DNA of 64,000 nucleotides from a virus: IMG/VR virus record IMGVR_UViG_3300047472_000449; one strand, 5' to 3'. Shown piece by piece: positions 63,536 to 64,000 of this stretch (position 1 is its first letter; each line of letters starts with the position of its first letter). The notes under the pieces were generated by a model. It saw only the letters and a program-made list of their open reading frames with translations, ran no database searches and was not told where the DNA came from. The position numbers and the translations under genes were made by a program.

Positions 63536-64000
63536 TCAGAGCGTGAATTGCGTCTCGCTGTCAGGCTGAAAAACCATGCACACCCGATTATTGGCATGAA
63601 GCGTGCGGAACTCTAGTGTGCTCCGTTGCTTACCCAATTCATTAATGATCTCGGTTGTCAGATTGTTCAGACTGTCCGACGCCATGGTGAAGATGACCTT
63701 GTGCCCACGGTGCGCCAGCACCATGGCGGCAGCAAGCGCGTTCCGATCATAGTTATCGCCGATGACGATTACTTGACCATACCCCAAGGCCGGGTCACCA
63801 ATCTCTGGATCGGTCAGGTGCTCCAGTGTCTTCACCCAGGCATTGTCCGGGTAGGGTTTCGACACATGACCAACATGGGTCACCGTGATCAGGTCGGTTT
63901 TGTCGCGCTCAAACAGATCCTTGAGAATCAGGTTCATGATGTGCGTCTTGCCGCCCTGTGGCGGGCTGCTCAGCACGATCACGGCGCCAGCAGGATCATC
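63536..64000 (-). CDS. degenerate PilT/GspE-like P-loop ATPase (5' end probably outside window)
   Basis: Walker A-like SSPPQGGKT, Walker B-like VIVIGD, AHRGHKVIFTM resembling His-box. Confidence 0.5.
   Translation of the reverse strand, partial: DDPAGAVIVLSSPPQGGKTHIMNLILKDLFERDKTDLITVTHVGHVSKPYPDNAWVKTLEHLTDPEIGDPALGYGQVIVIGDNYDRNALAAAMVLAHRGHKVIFTMASDSLNNLTTEIINELGKQRSTLEFRTLHANNRVCMVFQPDSETQFTL

Overview
About 64 kb of dense accessory DNA, mostly short minus-strand genes of unknown function. I saw no rRNA, tRNA, CRISPR array, integrase, transposase, replicase or virion genes. The gene content (DUF3016-like, LemA-like, HD hydrolase, phage/plasmid-type hypotheticals) suggests a gammaproteobacterial, probably Pseudomonas-like, megaplasmid or jumbo-phage accessory/early region; this is inference. 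Five main signals stand out. (1) At least 34 consensus sigma70 promoters carry a shared 15-bp palindrome, GTCAAT-N3-ATTGAC, over the -35 box, suggesting one large repressor-controlled regulon. (2) Five secreted peptides, two of them missed by the ORF track, share only a C-terminal T[RK]PxNLx[WA][DE]LRNR-stop motif. (3) Two tandem, independently promoted and terminated structured ncRNA candidates show a compensatory base change and a possible pseudoknot. (4) Three secreted Cys/Trp-repeat adhesin-like proteins have modular stalks and variable tips. (5) Several antitoxin-like genes and an alarmone-hydrolase-like gene have no adjacent toxin. Family names are from motif recognition by eye and need HMM confirmation.
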